Source: Kiritimatiellia bacterium (GTDB taxonomy: Bacteria; Verrucomicrobiota; Kiritimatiellia; RFP12; UBA1067). From it: a stretch of DNA of 64,000 nucleotides. A program made the translations under genes and the position numbers. Positions 25,978 through 36,300 of the stretch are shown here, one piece after another; the stretch's first letter is position 1; each line of letters begins with the position of its first letter. A model generated the notes under the pieces. The model was given only the letters and a program-made list of their open reading frames with translations, was not told the origin of the DNA and did no database searches. The stretch covers positions 3,090 through 67,089 of the forward strand of contig JAZRWB010000011.1 in assembly GCA_045599445.1 (NCBI GenBank), in the 5' to 3' direction.

Positions 25978-27714
25978 TTAGACATGTCCACGCTTGATAA
26001 TTATTGCCAAAATTGCAATATCCGCTGGATTTACACCAGGTATTCTGCTGGCTTGGGACAATGTTTCCGGTAAATACTTTTTGAGTTTCTCGCGGCTTTC
26101 AAACCGCACGGCGCCGCACTTATCGTAATCGAGCCATTTGGGGATCTTGATTTTCTCATCAAGCTTGGCCCGTGCGGCGGCCTTTTGTTCCTGTTCGATG
26201 TACGGCGCATAATGACGCATAATCTTTAGTTCATTCTCCAACGCCGCACTCCCCTTCTCATCGAACTTAATCTTACCGTCATTTTCAAGGTATTCGCGTT
26301 CGCGTTCGCGCTCGTCGAGAATCTTTGAATCGATGATCCCCGCAATTCTTGCCGCTTCAAGGAGCCGATAGCGGGCATTGTCTTGGCGTAGCAATAGTCG
26401 GCGCTCGGCGCGGCTGGTGAACATTCGGTATGGTTCGTCCGTACCTTTGGTCACCAGATCGTCAATCATTACCCCGATATATGCGTCTTGGCGGCTTAAT
26501 ACCAGCGGATCTTTATTCCTTATATATAGGGCGGCATTGATGCCAGCCATAATTCCTTGCGCCGCCGCCTCCTCATACCCAGTAGTACCATTGATTTGAC
26601 CGGCGAAGAATAATCCGTTTATTCGCTTTGATTCCAGCGAATGTTTCAACTCTCTGGCGTCAATCCCGTCGTATTCAATAGCATAGGCATAGGCGAGGAA
26701 TTCCGCCTTTTCAAGTCCAGCAACCGAATGAACCATCTTTTCTTGCACTGTCTTGGGTAGCGAGCAGCTTAATCCGTTAGGATAGATGATTTTACCCTCA
26801 GAATCCTCGGGTTCGAGCATTACATGGTGTTGATTGGCCGAAAAGCGGACTATTTTATCTTCGATAGATGGACAATATCGGACGCCAGTTCCCTTGATTG
26901 CTCCACCATAAAGCGCAGAAACCGCTAAATTATCCCTAATTATTGCATGGGTTTCTTCGTTGGTATGGGTAAGCCAACATGGGAACTCCGGCAATGTTCC
27001 ACGTGGAACAGCATCGATAAAATGTTCCATGTGGAACAATGGATGCGGTATTTCGCCATCTTGGCGTTGACAAACGGAGAAGTTGCACGAACTCGCTTTT
27101 ATTCTCGGAGGCGTTCCGGTCTTTAGACGAATTAAATCAAACCCAAGGCCTTTCAAACATTCCGATAGCTGATTCACCGCCGGTCTGTCATCGCCGCCAG
27201 ACTCCTTGCATTCTTTCCCTATCCAAATCCGACCGGATAGCGCAGTTCCTGAGGTAATTACGACGGCAATGGCGGAAATATCGCCGTTTTTCTCGGTTTT
27301 AATTAGATGAAGCCCATTGTGATCAGGTTGTATTGCCGTTGCGTTATCTTCAAGGACTTGCAGGTTTTTCTCCAATTCAACCATGCGTTGCATCCGCTCG
27401 GAGTACTCGTGCTTGGCGCATTGCGCTCGAGTAGCCCAAACCGCTGGACCACGGCTGCGATTCAGTATTTTCACCTGCATCGCGGTTGCGTCGGCGTTTT
27501 TACCCATTTCTCCACCCAATGCGTCAAGTTCATAGACGAGATGGCTTTTGGCGAGCCCGCCAATCGAGGGGTTGCAAGGCATTTTGGCAATCGCGGATTT
27601 TTGAGAAGTAATTAGAAGGGTGGCTATACCCATCCGCGCGGCGGCAAGCGCCGCTTCGCTACCGGCGTGTCCGCCGCCAATCACAACCAACTCAAATTGA
27701 CGCGTGAAATCCAT
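25978..27714 (-). CDS. mnmG: tRNA uridine 5-carboxymethylaminomethyl modification enzyme MnmG (GidA)
   Basis: 578 aa. [26 protein letters not shown] motif and colinear GidA-like body. Confidence 0.9.
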   Translation of the reverse strand: MDFTRQFELVVIGGGHAGSEAALAAARMGIATLLITSQKSAIAKMPCNPSIGGLAKSHLVYELDALGGEMGKNADATAMQVKILNRSRGPAVWATRAQCAKHEYSERMQRMVELEKNLQVLEDNATAIQPDHNGLHLIKTEKNGDISAIAVVITSGTALSGRIWIGKECKESGGDDRPAVNQLSECLKGLGFDLIRLKTGTPPRIKASSCNFSVCQRQDGEIPHPLFHMEHFIDAVPRGTLPEFPCWLTHTNEETHAIIRDNLAVSALYGGAIKGTGVRYCPSIEDKIVRFSANQHHVMLEPEDSEGKIIYPNGLSCSLPKTVQEKMVHSVAGLEKAEFLAYAYAIEYDGIDARELKHSLESKRINGLFFAGQINGTTGYEEAAAQGIMAGINAALYIRNKDPLVLSRQDAYIGVMIDDLVTKGTDEPYRMFTSRAERRLLLRQDNARYRLLEAARIAGIIDSKILDEREREREYLENDGKIKFDEKGSAALENELKIMRHYAPYIEQEQKAAARAKLDEKIKIPKWLDYDKCGAVRFESREKLKKYLPETLSQASRIPGVNPADIAILAIIIKRGHV

Positions 27715-27722
27715 CGCAAAGT

Positions 27723-27752
27723 ATTATAGCAAATTATTTACACATTTGTGAA
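27723..27752 (-). promoter_or_regulatory. Promoter TTCACA-N18-(TGc)TATAAT 8 nt upstream of the mnmG ATG
   Basis: The minus strand reads gTTCACAaatgtgtaaataattTGcTATAAT-actttgcg-ATG. Confidence 0.45.
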
Positions 27753-27931
27753 CAATTATTTTACCAATATTATGCGACATTAAACCAATGCGAATACCCA
27801 TAAAACCCAATAAAAACAAGGTGTTTCTCGCGAGTGCCCTATTTGTCAATAGGAAAATTGTCGATTCGTATTGACACTTATCTATAACTTATCAACAAAG
27901 CCGAGTTAAATGTAAATAAAATGCAATGCGG

Positions 27932-27961
27932 TTGAATTTATGGCGCAGATTATGATATAAT
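27932..27961 (+). promoter_or_regulatory. Promoter TTGAAT-N18-(TGa)TATAAT 9 nt upstream of the GTG at 27971
   Basis: gTTGAATttatggcgcagattaTGaTATAAT-cgcttgtag-GTG. An in-frame TAG lies immediately before the GTG. Confidence 0.35.
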
Positions 27962-27970
27962 CGCTTGTAG

Positions 27971-28825
27971 GTGAAGGTAATCTTCTTATTTATTGACGGT
28001 GTGGGGCTTAGGTCTCCGGCTTCGGATAACCCGGTTAATCGCGAGGTTTGTCCGACTTTGTGTCGGCTTTTCAAGCGCCACGCCAAGCCGATCGACGCTT
28101 GTCTCGGGATCGAGGGGCTTCCGCAGTCCGCCACCGGCCAGGCGACGATGTTCACCGGAGTCAACTGCGCCGCGGCCATGGGTCGACACTGCGAGGGCTT
28201 TCCCTCGCCCGCGCTTAGGGATATAATCGAGAAGGGGAATCTTTTCCTGTCGCTTAAATCTCGTGGCCGGAAGGTTTGCTTCGCCGATGCGTATCTCGTC
28301 GATTCCGCCGACGATCTCGCGCTCCATCGTTTCAAATCGGTAACGACGGTGATGGCGTTGACTGCGCCGGAGACGATTCGCACGGTGGACGATCTTGTCG
28401 CGGACCGCGCGCTGATGCAGGACATTACCTGCGAGACGATTCAGGATCGCTACCCCGACGTGCCGATAATACCTCCGCAACGCGCGGCCGAGAACCTTTT
28501 CAAGCTGGCGCGGGAAAACGATTTCACACTCTACGAGTTTTTCCAGACCGATGTTTCCGGACATTCGATGGATTACGACCGCGCCTGCGCGGTATTGAGG
28601 ATATACGACCGCTTTCTGACTTCGCTCGTTCGGTACGTGGAAGCGGCGGGGATTACGCTCGTCATGACCGCGGATCACGGCAACATCGAATCGATCTTCG
28701 AGCATGGCCACACCCGCAACCCCGTGCCGTTCGTGGCGTTCGGACCGAAGGAAAGGTTTCTGCGAGACCGGGTTGCCTCGCTCGCCGACGTTACTCCGGC
28801 GTTGCTCGCGGCGTTCGATGAATGA
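27971..28825 (+). CDS. Alkaline-phosphatase-superfamily metalloenzyme (iPGM/phosphopentomutase-like)
   Basis: 284 aa. MKVIFLFIDGVGL N-terminus, QTDVSGH and MTADHGN motifs typical of the metalloenzyme superfamily. Substrate not assignable. Confidence 0.5.
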   Translation: MKVIFLFIDGVGLRSPASDNPVNREVCPTLCRLFKRHAKPIDACLGIEGLPQSATGQATMFTGVNCAAAMGRHCEGFPSPALRDIIEKGNLFLSLKSRGRKVCFADAYLVDSADDLALHRFKSVTTVMALTAPETIRTVDDLVADRALMQDITCETIQDRYPDVPIIPPQRAAENLFKLARENDFTLYEFFQTDVSGHSMDYDRACAVLRIYDRFLTSLVRYVEAAGITLVMTADHGNIESIFEHGHTRNPVPFVAFGPKERFLRDRVASLADVTPALLAAFDE

Positions 28826-28886
28826 GTGAAATTTTCAAATGAATGTGATATAATTCGAACTAACCCTCAAGAAAGGACAATCGACT

Positions 28887-30287
28887 ATGGCGTGTTCATG
28901 CGGTAAGAAGTGCGCGTGCGAGAAGAGCGAGTTTATCGCTCCGATGCAGGCATTGTGGAAGGTTTACGACGGCATCGACGCGAAGGCGAATGCGGATATC
29001 GTCGCCATCGCGTGGGAGCGCGAAGACGGAAAGATCTTCCGCTACGATCTGCCGATTCCCAAGCGGCTCGATCCGCAGGCGACGAAGTTCGTCTCCTACG
29101 TCGTCGATCGCATCGCGAAGTTCATCGTCTGGTCGGCGGGCGGTTGGAAGCTCTATCTCGCCGGGCCCGACGCGGTGGTGAAGCCGGTCGCGAAGGCCTA
29201 CACGAAGAGCGGTACGCGCAAGTTCGACTTCAACTTCTTCTCCGATCTCTATCGTCGACCGGTCGAGGCGGTGGTGCTGCCGCTGAAGAAGATGCCGGAG
29301 ACGAACGAGAAGATGCAGTACGTGAAGACGGTGGCCGACGGCTGCCGCATCGGCTTCGACCTCGGCGCCTCGGACTTCAAGATCTCCGCGCTCAAGAACG
29401 GCAAGGTCGTCTTCTCGAAGGAGTTCCCGTGGGATCCGCGCAACAACGCCGACCCCGAGTACCACTATTCGAAGCTCACCGCAGGGCTTAAGGAAGCGGC
29501 GAAGTCGCTGCCGCGCGTCGATGCGATCGGCGGTTCGACCGCAGGTACGCTCGTCGGCAAGACGATGGGCGTCGCCTCGCTCTTCCGTGCGATTCGCGAG
29601 AAGAATCCGAAGAAGTACTCGATCGCCCAGAACATGTTCCTCCGCGTCGAGAAGGATTGGGGCGTTCCCTTCGAGATTTACAACGACGGCGACGTAACCG
29701 CGCTCGCCGGAATGATCACGATGAACAAGAAGGGCATTCTCGGCGTCGCGATGGGTTCGTCGGAGGCGGTCGGCTACATTACTCCGAAGGGCGCGCTTAC
29801 CGGCCGGATTACCGAACTCGCGTTCGCGCCGGTCGATTTCAATCCCTGCGCTCCGCGCGACGAGTGGTCGGGCGACGCGGGCGTCGGCTCGATGGCGTTC
29901 TCGCAGCAGGCCGTTAACTGGCTCGCCGAGAAGTACGGCTTCAAGTTCCCGAAGTCGATGAAGCTTCCCGAGCGGCTCAAGGTCGTGCAGGCGGCGATGG
30001 AGAAGGGCGACGCGAAGGCGCTCAAGGTCTACATCCAGATCGGTCGCTTCCTCGCGCACGCGATTCCGTGGTACAACGAGTTCTACGACTACGAGAACAT
30101 GATGATCCTCGGGCGCGTTACCTCGGGCCTCGGCGGCGAGGTTATTCTCGAGACGGCGAAGGCCGCCTTGAAGGATCTCTACCCCGAATGGGCCGAGAAG
30201 ATCGACATCTTCATGCCCGACGAAAAGGCGCGTCGCCTCGGCCAATCGGTCGCTGCCGCGCAGATTCCGGTTATCAAGAAGCGCTAA
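28887..30287 (+). CDS. ASKHA-fold sugar-kinase-like (ROK/BadF-like) protein with Cys-rich N-terminus
   Basis: 466 aa. IGFDLGASDFKISA phosphate-1-like motif, IGGSTAG, GVAMGSSEAVG. N-terminal MACSCGKKCACEK. Confidence 0.45.
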   Translation: MACSCGKKCACEKSEFIAPMQALWKVYDGIDAKANADIVAIAWEREDGKIFRYDLPIPKRLDPQATKFVSYVVDRIAKFIVWSAGGWKLYLAGPDAVVKPVAKAYTKSGTRKFDFNFFSDLYRRPVEAVVLPLKKMPETNEKMQYVKTVADGCRIGFDLGASDFKISALKNGKVVFSKEFPWDPRNNADPEYHYSKLTAGLKEAAKSLPRVDAIGGSTAGTLVGKTMGVASLFRAIREKNPKKYSIAQNMFLRVEKDWGVPFEIYNDGDVTALAGMITMNKKGILGVAMGSSEAVGYITPKGALTGRITELAFAPVDFNPCAPRDEWSGDAGVGSMAFSQQAVNWLAEKYGFKFPKSMKLPERLKVVQAAMEKGDAKALKVYIQIGRFLAHAIPWYNEFYDYENMMILGRVTSGLGGEVILETAKAALKDLYPEWAEKIDIFMPDEKARRLGQSVAAAQIPVIKKR

Positions 30288-30306
30288 CTAAGCGTTTATA
30301 ATTCTC

Positions 30307-30326
30307 TCGTCGAAATTATTCGACGA
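30307..30326 (+). terminator. Weak hairpin after the kinase-like gene
   Basis: TCGTCGAA-atta-TTCGACGA 8-bp stem, but only TT follows. It abuts the -35 of the next promoter. Confidence 0.3.
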
Positions 30327-30372
30327 TTGACCCGACTCCCACTATGTGGTAAAATACAAACATAGTGGGAGT
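30327..30372 (+). promoter_or_regulatory. Near-consensus promoter TTGACC-N17-(TGg)TAAAAT embraced by a perfect 13-bp palindromic operator
   Basis: -35 at 30327-30332, -10 at 30350-30355. Operator arms ACTCCCACTATGT (30335-30347) and ACATAGTGGGAGT (30360-30372). The right arm covers the expected TSS and the GGGAG Shine-Dalgarno. Confidence 0.6.
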
Positions 30373-30381
30373 AAAGGTACT

Positions 30382-33300
30382 ATGAAAATGCTCAAATGTC
30401 TACATTTGTTCGCTGGGATGTTTTTCGCCAGCACCGCGCTTGCGGCGGAGACTGTTACTGTCACCGATGCGAAGTGGGGTAATATGGGCGCTGCACCTTC
30501 TACAGCAGGTGTGACTACAGGGAGTATTGGTAACGGAAATTACTCAAGTTTCTCGTTTAACTTCGCAGCTGCCGACAATATGTCGCCAAAGGAAATTGGT
30601 AATAGAGGCACCGTTAAGATTAAGAAGCTTACCCTTGTGAGTCGCAATGATGCCAATGCTAATGGGATGAATAAGATTCGGCTTACCCAAGGCGATAAGA
30701 CGGTCGATGGTACGGTTGAGATTAAGACTGATAATATCGTCATCTACGGCAGTCAGTTTCCAGGGGTTTCAGGTGACAAATATACGCAAAGCAAGGGCTA
30801 TTATGTGGCGACGTTTGCGTCGGATGTTGAGTTTGATGTCTCGCAGAACATTACCTTCCAGCTTCTTAATAGCGAGGGTCAAGTTACCTCGTATGGCCTT
30901 CGTATGATTCAGCCAGCCAACTCGGTTCTTACGACGAGTAATGGTTGGTCTCCGGCGATTGAGATTGTTGGCGACTACACGTATGCGCCATCACCAACTT
31001 CAGAAGTCGTTGCGCTCTTTAACTTCAAGAGTAACGACGGCACTGATGCCGCTGGGTGGACGAACCACACTCAGCCAGATGGCGGCATGATTCCGAAGAG
31101 TGGGACGCTCTCTATGAATGGAGTCACATTTGCTACTAATAGCAAAGGCAACTTTTTTCCTGATAATACGTCCGTAGTTAATACCGATTATCCGTCTGCC
31201 ATTATTGCCGACGTGAAAGAGACGTTGGGTTTGTCGGATAGCATTGATTTTGACGCCAATGTATACAAGACCGGCTTGATGAATGGCGGACAATCAGGCC
31301 ATACGGCTACGATTTCCGGCCTTACGACTGGAAGCGAGTATGTAGTTTACTTCGGCTTTGGTCGCCTCAAAACGGATGACAATAATCAAGTCGGCGGCTT
31401 TACGCTCAATGACTGCGGTAGTTTTGCGAGCCTTGAATATGTGGTGACGGTTGCTGGGCAGAACACGACGGTTTCGCAAGGGTGGACCTCGTTTACCAAG
31501 GGAACTGCCATTAGGCCGGGAAGCAATGGCTTGATGATGGTCAAACTCGCTGGTGTAACGCCTACAAATAATGGCACTATTGTGTTCACGATGTCGGGCG
31601 CCAGAGGCCAAATCAACTTCCTCGCAGTGAAGGAGAAGGAGCTTCCTCCGCCAGGTCCGGCGGTTTCGGCTACGATTTCGGCAGACACTACTTGGTCGGC
31701 GCTTTGGGAGGGCGGCACGGCTCCAGTCGAAAATACGCCAGTTGAACTTACTTTTAATGGCTCTTATACCTTGAGTCTTAATGCGGATGCGGTTGGCAAG
31801 AGTTTCAAGATTTTAGGCACGAGCTCGGCTGATCAGACCATTAAGATTGATGGTTCGGCGGCGAATGTTGCGGCTTTTGTCGGCAAGGTAACGCTCGATA
31901 GCACTTTCATTGGTAAGGTTGATTACGAGTTCGATGCGACGACCGCAAGCTTCACGGCTGATGATGCGCTCAAGAACGCGATTAAGTCGGCGAGCACCAA
32001 TACGAAGTTTGTCTTCAAGGGTGCAGATAATTATGGCGCGACAGTGGATTTCGATAGCGCGAATAAGAACGGCACTATATCGTCTCATATCGTTCTTAAG
32101 GGCGGGTCGCACTTAATCAAGAATGGCAATGCTGGGACATTTGCGAATTCTACCACTTGTACGGCGGAAAATCCCGCAATCTTCATTACGAATGGTGCGA
32201 CGCTTAATTTTGAAGGTCATGACTTGAACGGATGGACTGGTTCTATTATTACTGGATTTGCTTTCCGGGTTGACGATGGAGCGACGTTGAATCTTAAGAA
32301 CTTCGGCGGTACATTCTTCTTCCGTCAGCAGATGTGCATCGTTCCTGGCGGTACGGTCAACGTGCCTAATGGTTATAATTTCGAGTTGCATGGTGGCAAC
32401 GGCACTCCGGAAATCGTTGTTCCCGACGCAGCCGTCGGCAACACGAAAGTTGCCACCATCTCTGGCGGCATTCGTTTCCGCGATGGCGAAAATGGCGCGA
32501 GCGTTGCTGCCTCGGTCGGTGCGAACGCGATATTGAAGATTGGCCCTGTTGCTCTCTATGCGGCAGGTAATGACGCATCGATTAAGAAGACAGGCGAAGG
32601 TATATTGGAGATTGCTTCAGGCACGATGGCTCCGAAGGTTATCATGGGCAGTGGTGTTCTCAAGCTGGATGATGAGGCAACATTAAGTCAGGTGATTCTT
32701 GATTCCGCTACCGAAGTAGATGTGGTTTCTGGCAGCGCAACACTCAATGCGATTTCGGGCGACTTTGCTATTACCAAGACCGGCGCGGGCACGCTCAATC
32801 TCCCTGCGGCCTATACGCAGACGATTACACTTACGGGCGGCCAGATTAATCGCACTGCTACGAATACGGTTGTGATTAACGGCGATATCGATCTTGGCAC
32901 GACGGAGATGCCGCTTAGCTGGGCGATTGATGCGACTTCTACGGGTTCGATTAAGCTTCCTACTGGCTTCCCGTTCGGACAAATCGCCAAGGCGAGCGCG
33001 CTTCCCGAGGGCTTGGCATTCAAGGATAGCACGGGCGCAACGATTAGCGCTGACAAGCTGGAAATTGATGGCGGCTACATCGTTCTCAAGAAGTCGGAGA
33101 TTACCACGCCTTACAATGTTGCGGAACCGACGATTATTGAGGATGATTTGGTCTTTGGTGAAGGCGGCTCAATCAACATTACGCATAACGGTGCGATGTT
33201 GATGGCGACGGGAACGATTACTCTTCCGGAGAGTAGCTTGCCGGTTACTTTCATCTGCGAAGACGAGTATGTCGTGGGTACGAAGATTTCGGTCGTGGCT

Positions 33301-36300
33301 GCAAAAGCCTTCAAGGTCGGCGATATCGACGCGACGTTTGAGAACTTCACTTGCAAGCTTACCGGTAAGTTGCCGAAGGGCATGGAAGGTGAGTTCCAGT
33401 TGGTTGAGGAAGAGGGGATGAAGGCGATTGTGTTCGCAATTACCAAGTCCACCTACTATACTGCGGAGGTAGCGGAGATTCTCGAGAAGAATACGCTTCA
33501 GGTTCGCTTCGACGCATCTTGCGGGGTGGTCGTTGACGATAACGGGAAAGTGACGGAGTGGAAGGATATCAGCGGCAACGGCAACAACGCCACGCCCGTC
33601 CACTACAAGCATATTACGGATACTCCGACTTTATTTTCCTCGGACGATGATTTGCGCGAGTATGTTGATTTTGGAGAACGCGGTTCACACCAAGATCTTC
33701 GCATTGGCAGCACGGTCAATGGCAAGACGATCTTCCTTGTGATTGACATTCAAGAGGACAAGGATGCGTTCATCCTTGGTTGGGGTAACGATAGCGATAG
33801 CTATGGTGGAAACTACGACTTCCACCGCAATGTACTTTACTACTTTAACGGCGACTCGCAGGTCTTCGCAGTTCGCGACAACAAGATTGACAAGGGTAAT
33901 GGACGGAGCGAGCTTTTGAAGTCTGGGTTTCGCGTGCTTTCGCTACGCACTGATGGCAATGGACGCTTCAATAGCTTCTCCTCCGACCGCAATGGATGTT
34001 CCGACGGCGAAAACCGCACTGGTGGTCGTAAGCTCTGTGAAGTCATCTCCTTCAGCGAAAAGCTCTCCGACGGACAAACGGAGACGATTGAGGATTATCT
34101 TCTCGCGAAGTGGGGATTGAATTATCGCAACGAGGCAAATATCGTGGGAGAAATCGCTTGGAGCGAAATTCAGTGGAAAGGCGGTAGGTATTACGCTGAC
34201 GTCGAAACCACGCTCACCGTTACCGGCGACACCGTATTGACGTTTGATACGCCGATTGGGAATCCCGATATCGAATTTATTCAGGAGTCTCCGGACTATC
34301 AGCTTGAATTCGTCATTGAAAAGGAAAGTGGCTGCATGCCGGACATGATGATTGGGGCCGGAGAGCAGTTGACATTGCGCGGAGGAACGTCGGAGGATCC
34401 ATTCGTCTACACCGGATGGGTAAGTGTCGAAGAAGGTGGAACATTGGTAATCGACGGCGGGAGTGTTGAATGCGAAGGATTTTGGGGAGATGGAATTGTG
34501 GATGTTCAACGCGGCGAGTTCCGCTTGGGATCGATGCGTGGAGTGAAACTTAATTTTGCAGAAAATACGGCTTTGTTGGTGGATGCGAATGCGGCGGACG
34601 GTGGCGAGGTAACATTGATGTTCGAGAGCGGTTCTGCTTCGCCAACGGTGAGGTTTGTGGACGCCGAGACTCGTCACGCAGTAATCGTTCCAGTTGCGGG
34701 CGGGGTGAAAATAACCTACGACCCAGAGGTGAGTGGAAAGGCATGCCTTTACGATTGGACGTTCGACAACGGTGTTGACAAGGGCGATAATCGTCTTGCC
34801 AGCGTCGGCCGGAATACGAGTGCGCTCAGTTGGGATACTGACTACAGTAAATCGAACGGATTCGTCACAGACGAGGCATTTACTTACGGAACTGCGCTCA
34901 ATACCAAATCGACTCCGTATTCTGACTTTACCGTCGATTATCCGACCGAATGGACTTGCATGGTCGCCGGCGTTTTGCCGAATGTTACCAATGGTGCGCT
35001 CATCACCTTCGGAACTCAAGGCGATGGGCTTATTGGACTTATCGCCGGTAGTACGGAGAATGAAGTAAAAATCGTTCGCACTACCGGTAATGCACAGTAT
35101 GTAGCCTTGGCGACGATGACGGTTCCCAATGCGCGCACGACTTCGCATTGCTACGCATTTGTTAAAACCGAGGAGAAGATTGTTGTTTATCTTGATGGTG
35201 TGAAGTGGAATGAAACTGAGGTGCGGGGAGCGAACTTTGGCGCGAGATTGCAGATAGGCTCGGTGCATGGTGGTGTCGGTTCTACAGGTATCACTAAAGT
35301 AGATAACGCCACCAATGCGACTGCCATTCAGGCGGTTAGAATTTTCGAAGGCGTGTTGGGTCCGAAATCGCTGCGAAAGTTGGCGGAGGAGTTCCCCTAT
35401 CTTTCCGAAAACGGAACTTTCACTCGCACTTTCTCCTCTGCGAGCGAAAATTGGGTGTCGGACGAATCGTGGGCCAAGGTCGGTTCTGGCGATAAATTCT
35501 CCGAACCCGATGCTGGATCGGAGTTGAAAATAACCGCCTCCGCCAGTACGACGGTGAAGATGAATTTTGACGGGGCTAATGCGGTGTACGAAAATGTCAG
35601 CATCAACGGCAGCGGGTCGCTGACGTTCGATGTTGGCGAAGAGGGTTATTTTGCGGTCAATGCCGGCAAGACCGATGTTAACGTGCCGATTACCTTGAAG
35701 TACGGGTCGCTGACAATCGCGGTCGGCCCGACTACAATCGGCAGTTCCGGTTCGATAACTTTCGATTATTCTGCCTATCCGGTCGACACCATCCATAGTG
35801 AAGGGTTTATCCAATTGACCGGTCAGATAGACGAGCAATCGCCGGACAAGATCAGGTTGGTAAAACCCACTGCGCTTTTGGAGCGGCGAATGGATTTGGT
35901 TTATCGCGACGAGGTGTATGGAATCGAATACGGGTTTGCTCGCGATCCGATTGATCTCTACTTTAAGAATCCGACCGAAATGCTTGCGTTGACGAATGAA
36001 ACGGAATTGGTGGATATTGACGGTAACGCGAAGTCGCGGATGATGAAGGACGATGTGTTGGTGGTTGCAAATAACGCCACTTTCACCATCGCCACCACCG
36101 CGCTTGATGTTCAGCTTTCGACGCTTAAAATCACCAATGCCACGGTTACCGTAAATATTCCTGCGGCCAATCTTAACGGGCTTGCCGAAATCATTGTTGA
36201 AGACGGAGGAACGCTGAAGTTTGATTCTGCCGCCGCCGCCGCTTACACTGGCGCGATTATTGTTAACGAGGGAGGTGTTTTCGACGTTAACGGCATCCCC

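Noticed and set aside
28896-30245. 449-aa antisense ORF covering the kinase-like gene. Similar long antisense or overlapping ORFs occur at 55093-56622, 49022-50029, 42188-43081, 21672-22943, 20104-20826, 16625-17521, 15125-15859 and 9867-10748.
   Set aside because: All are Arg/Ala/Pro-rich or low-complexity translations opposite genes with strong family motifs. This is typical of GC-rich shadow frames, and none has independent support.
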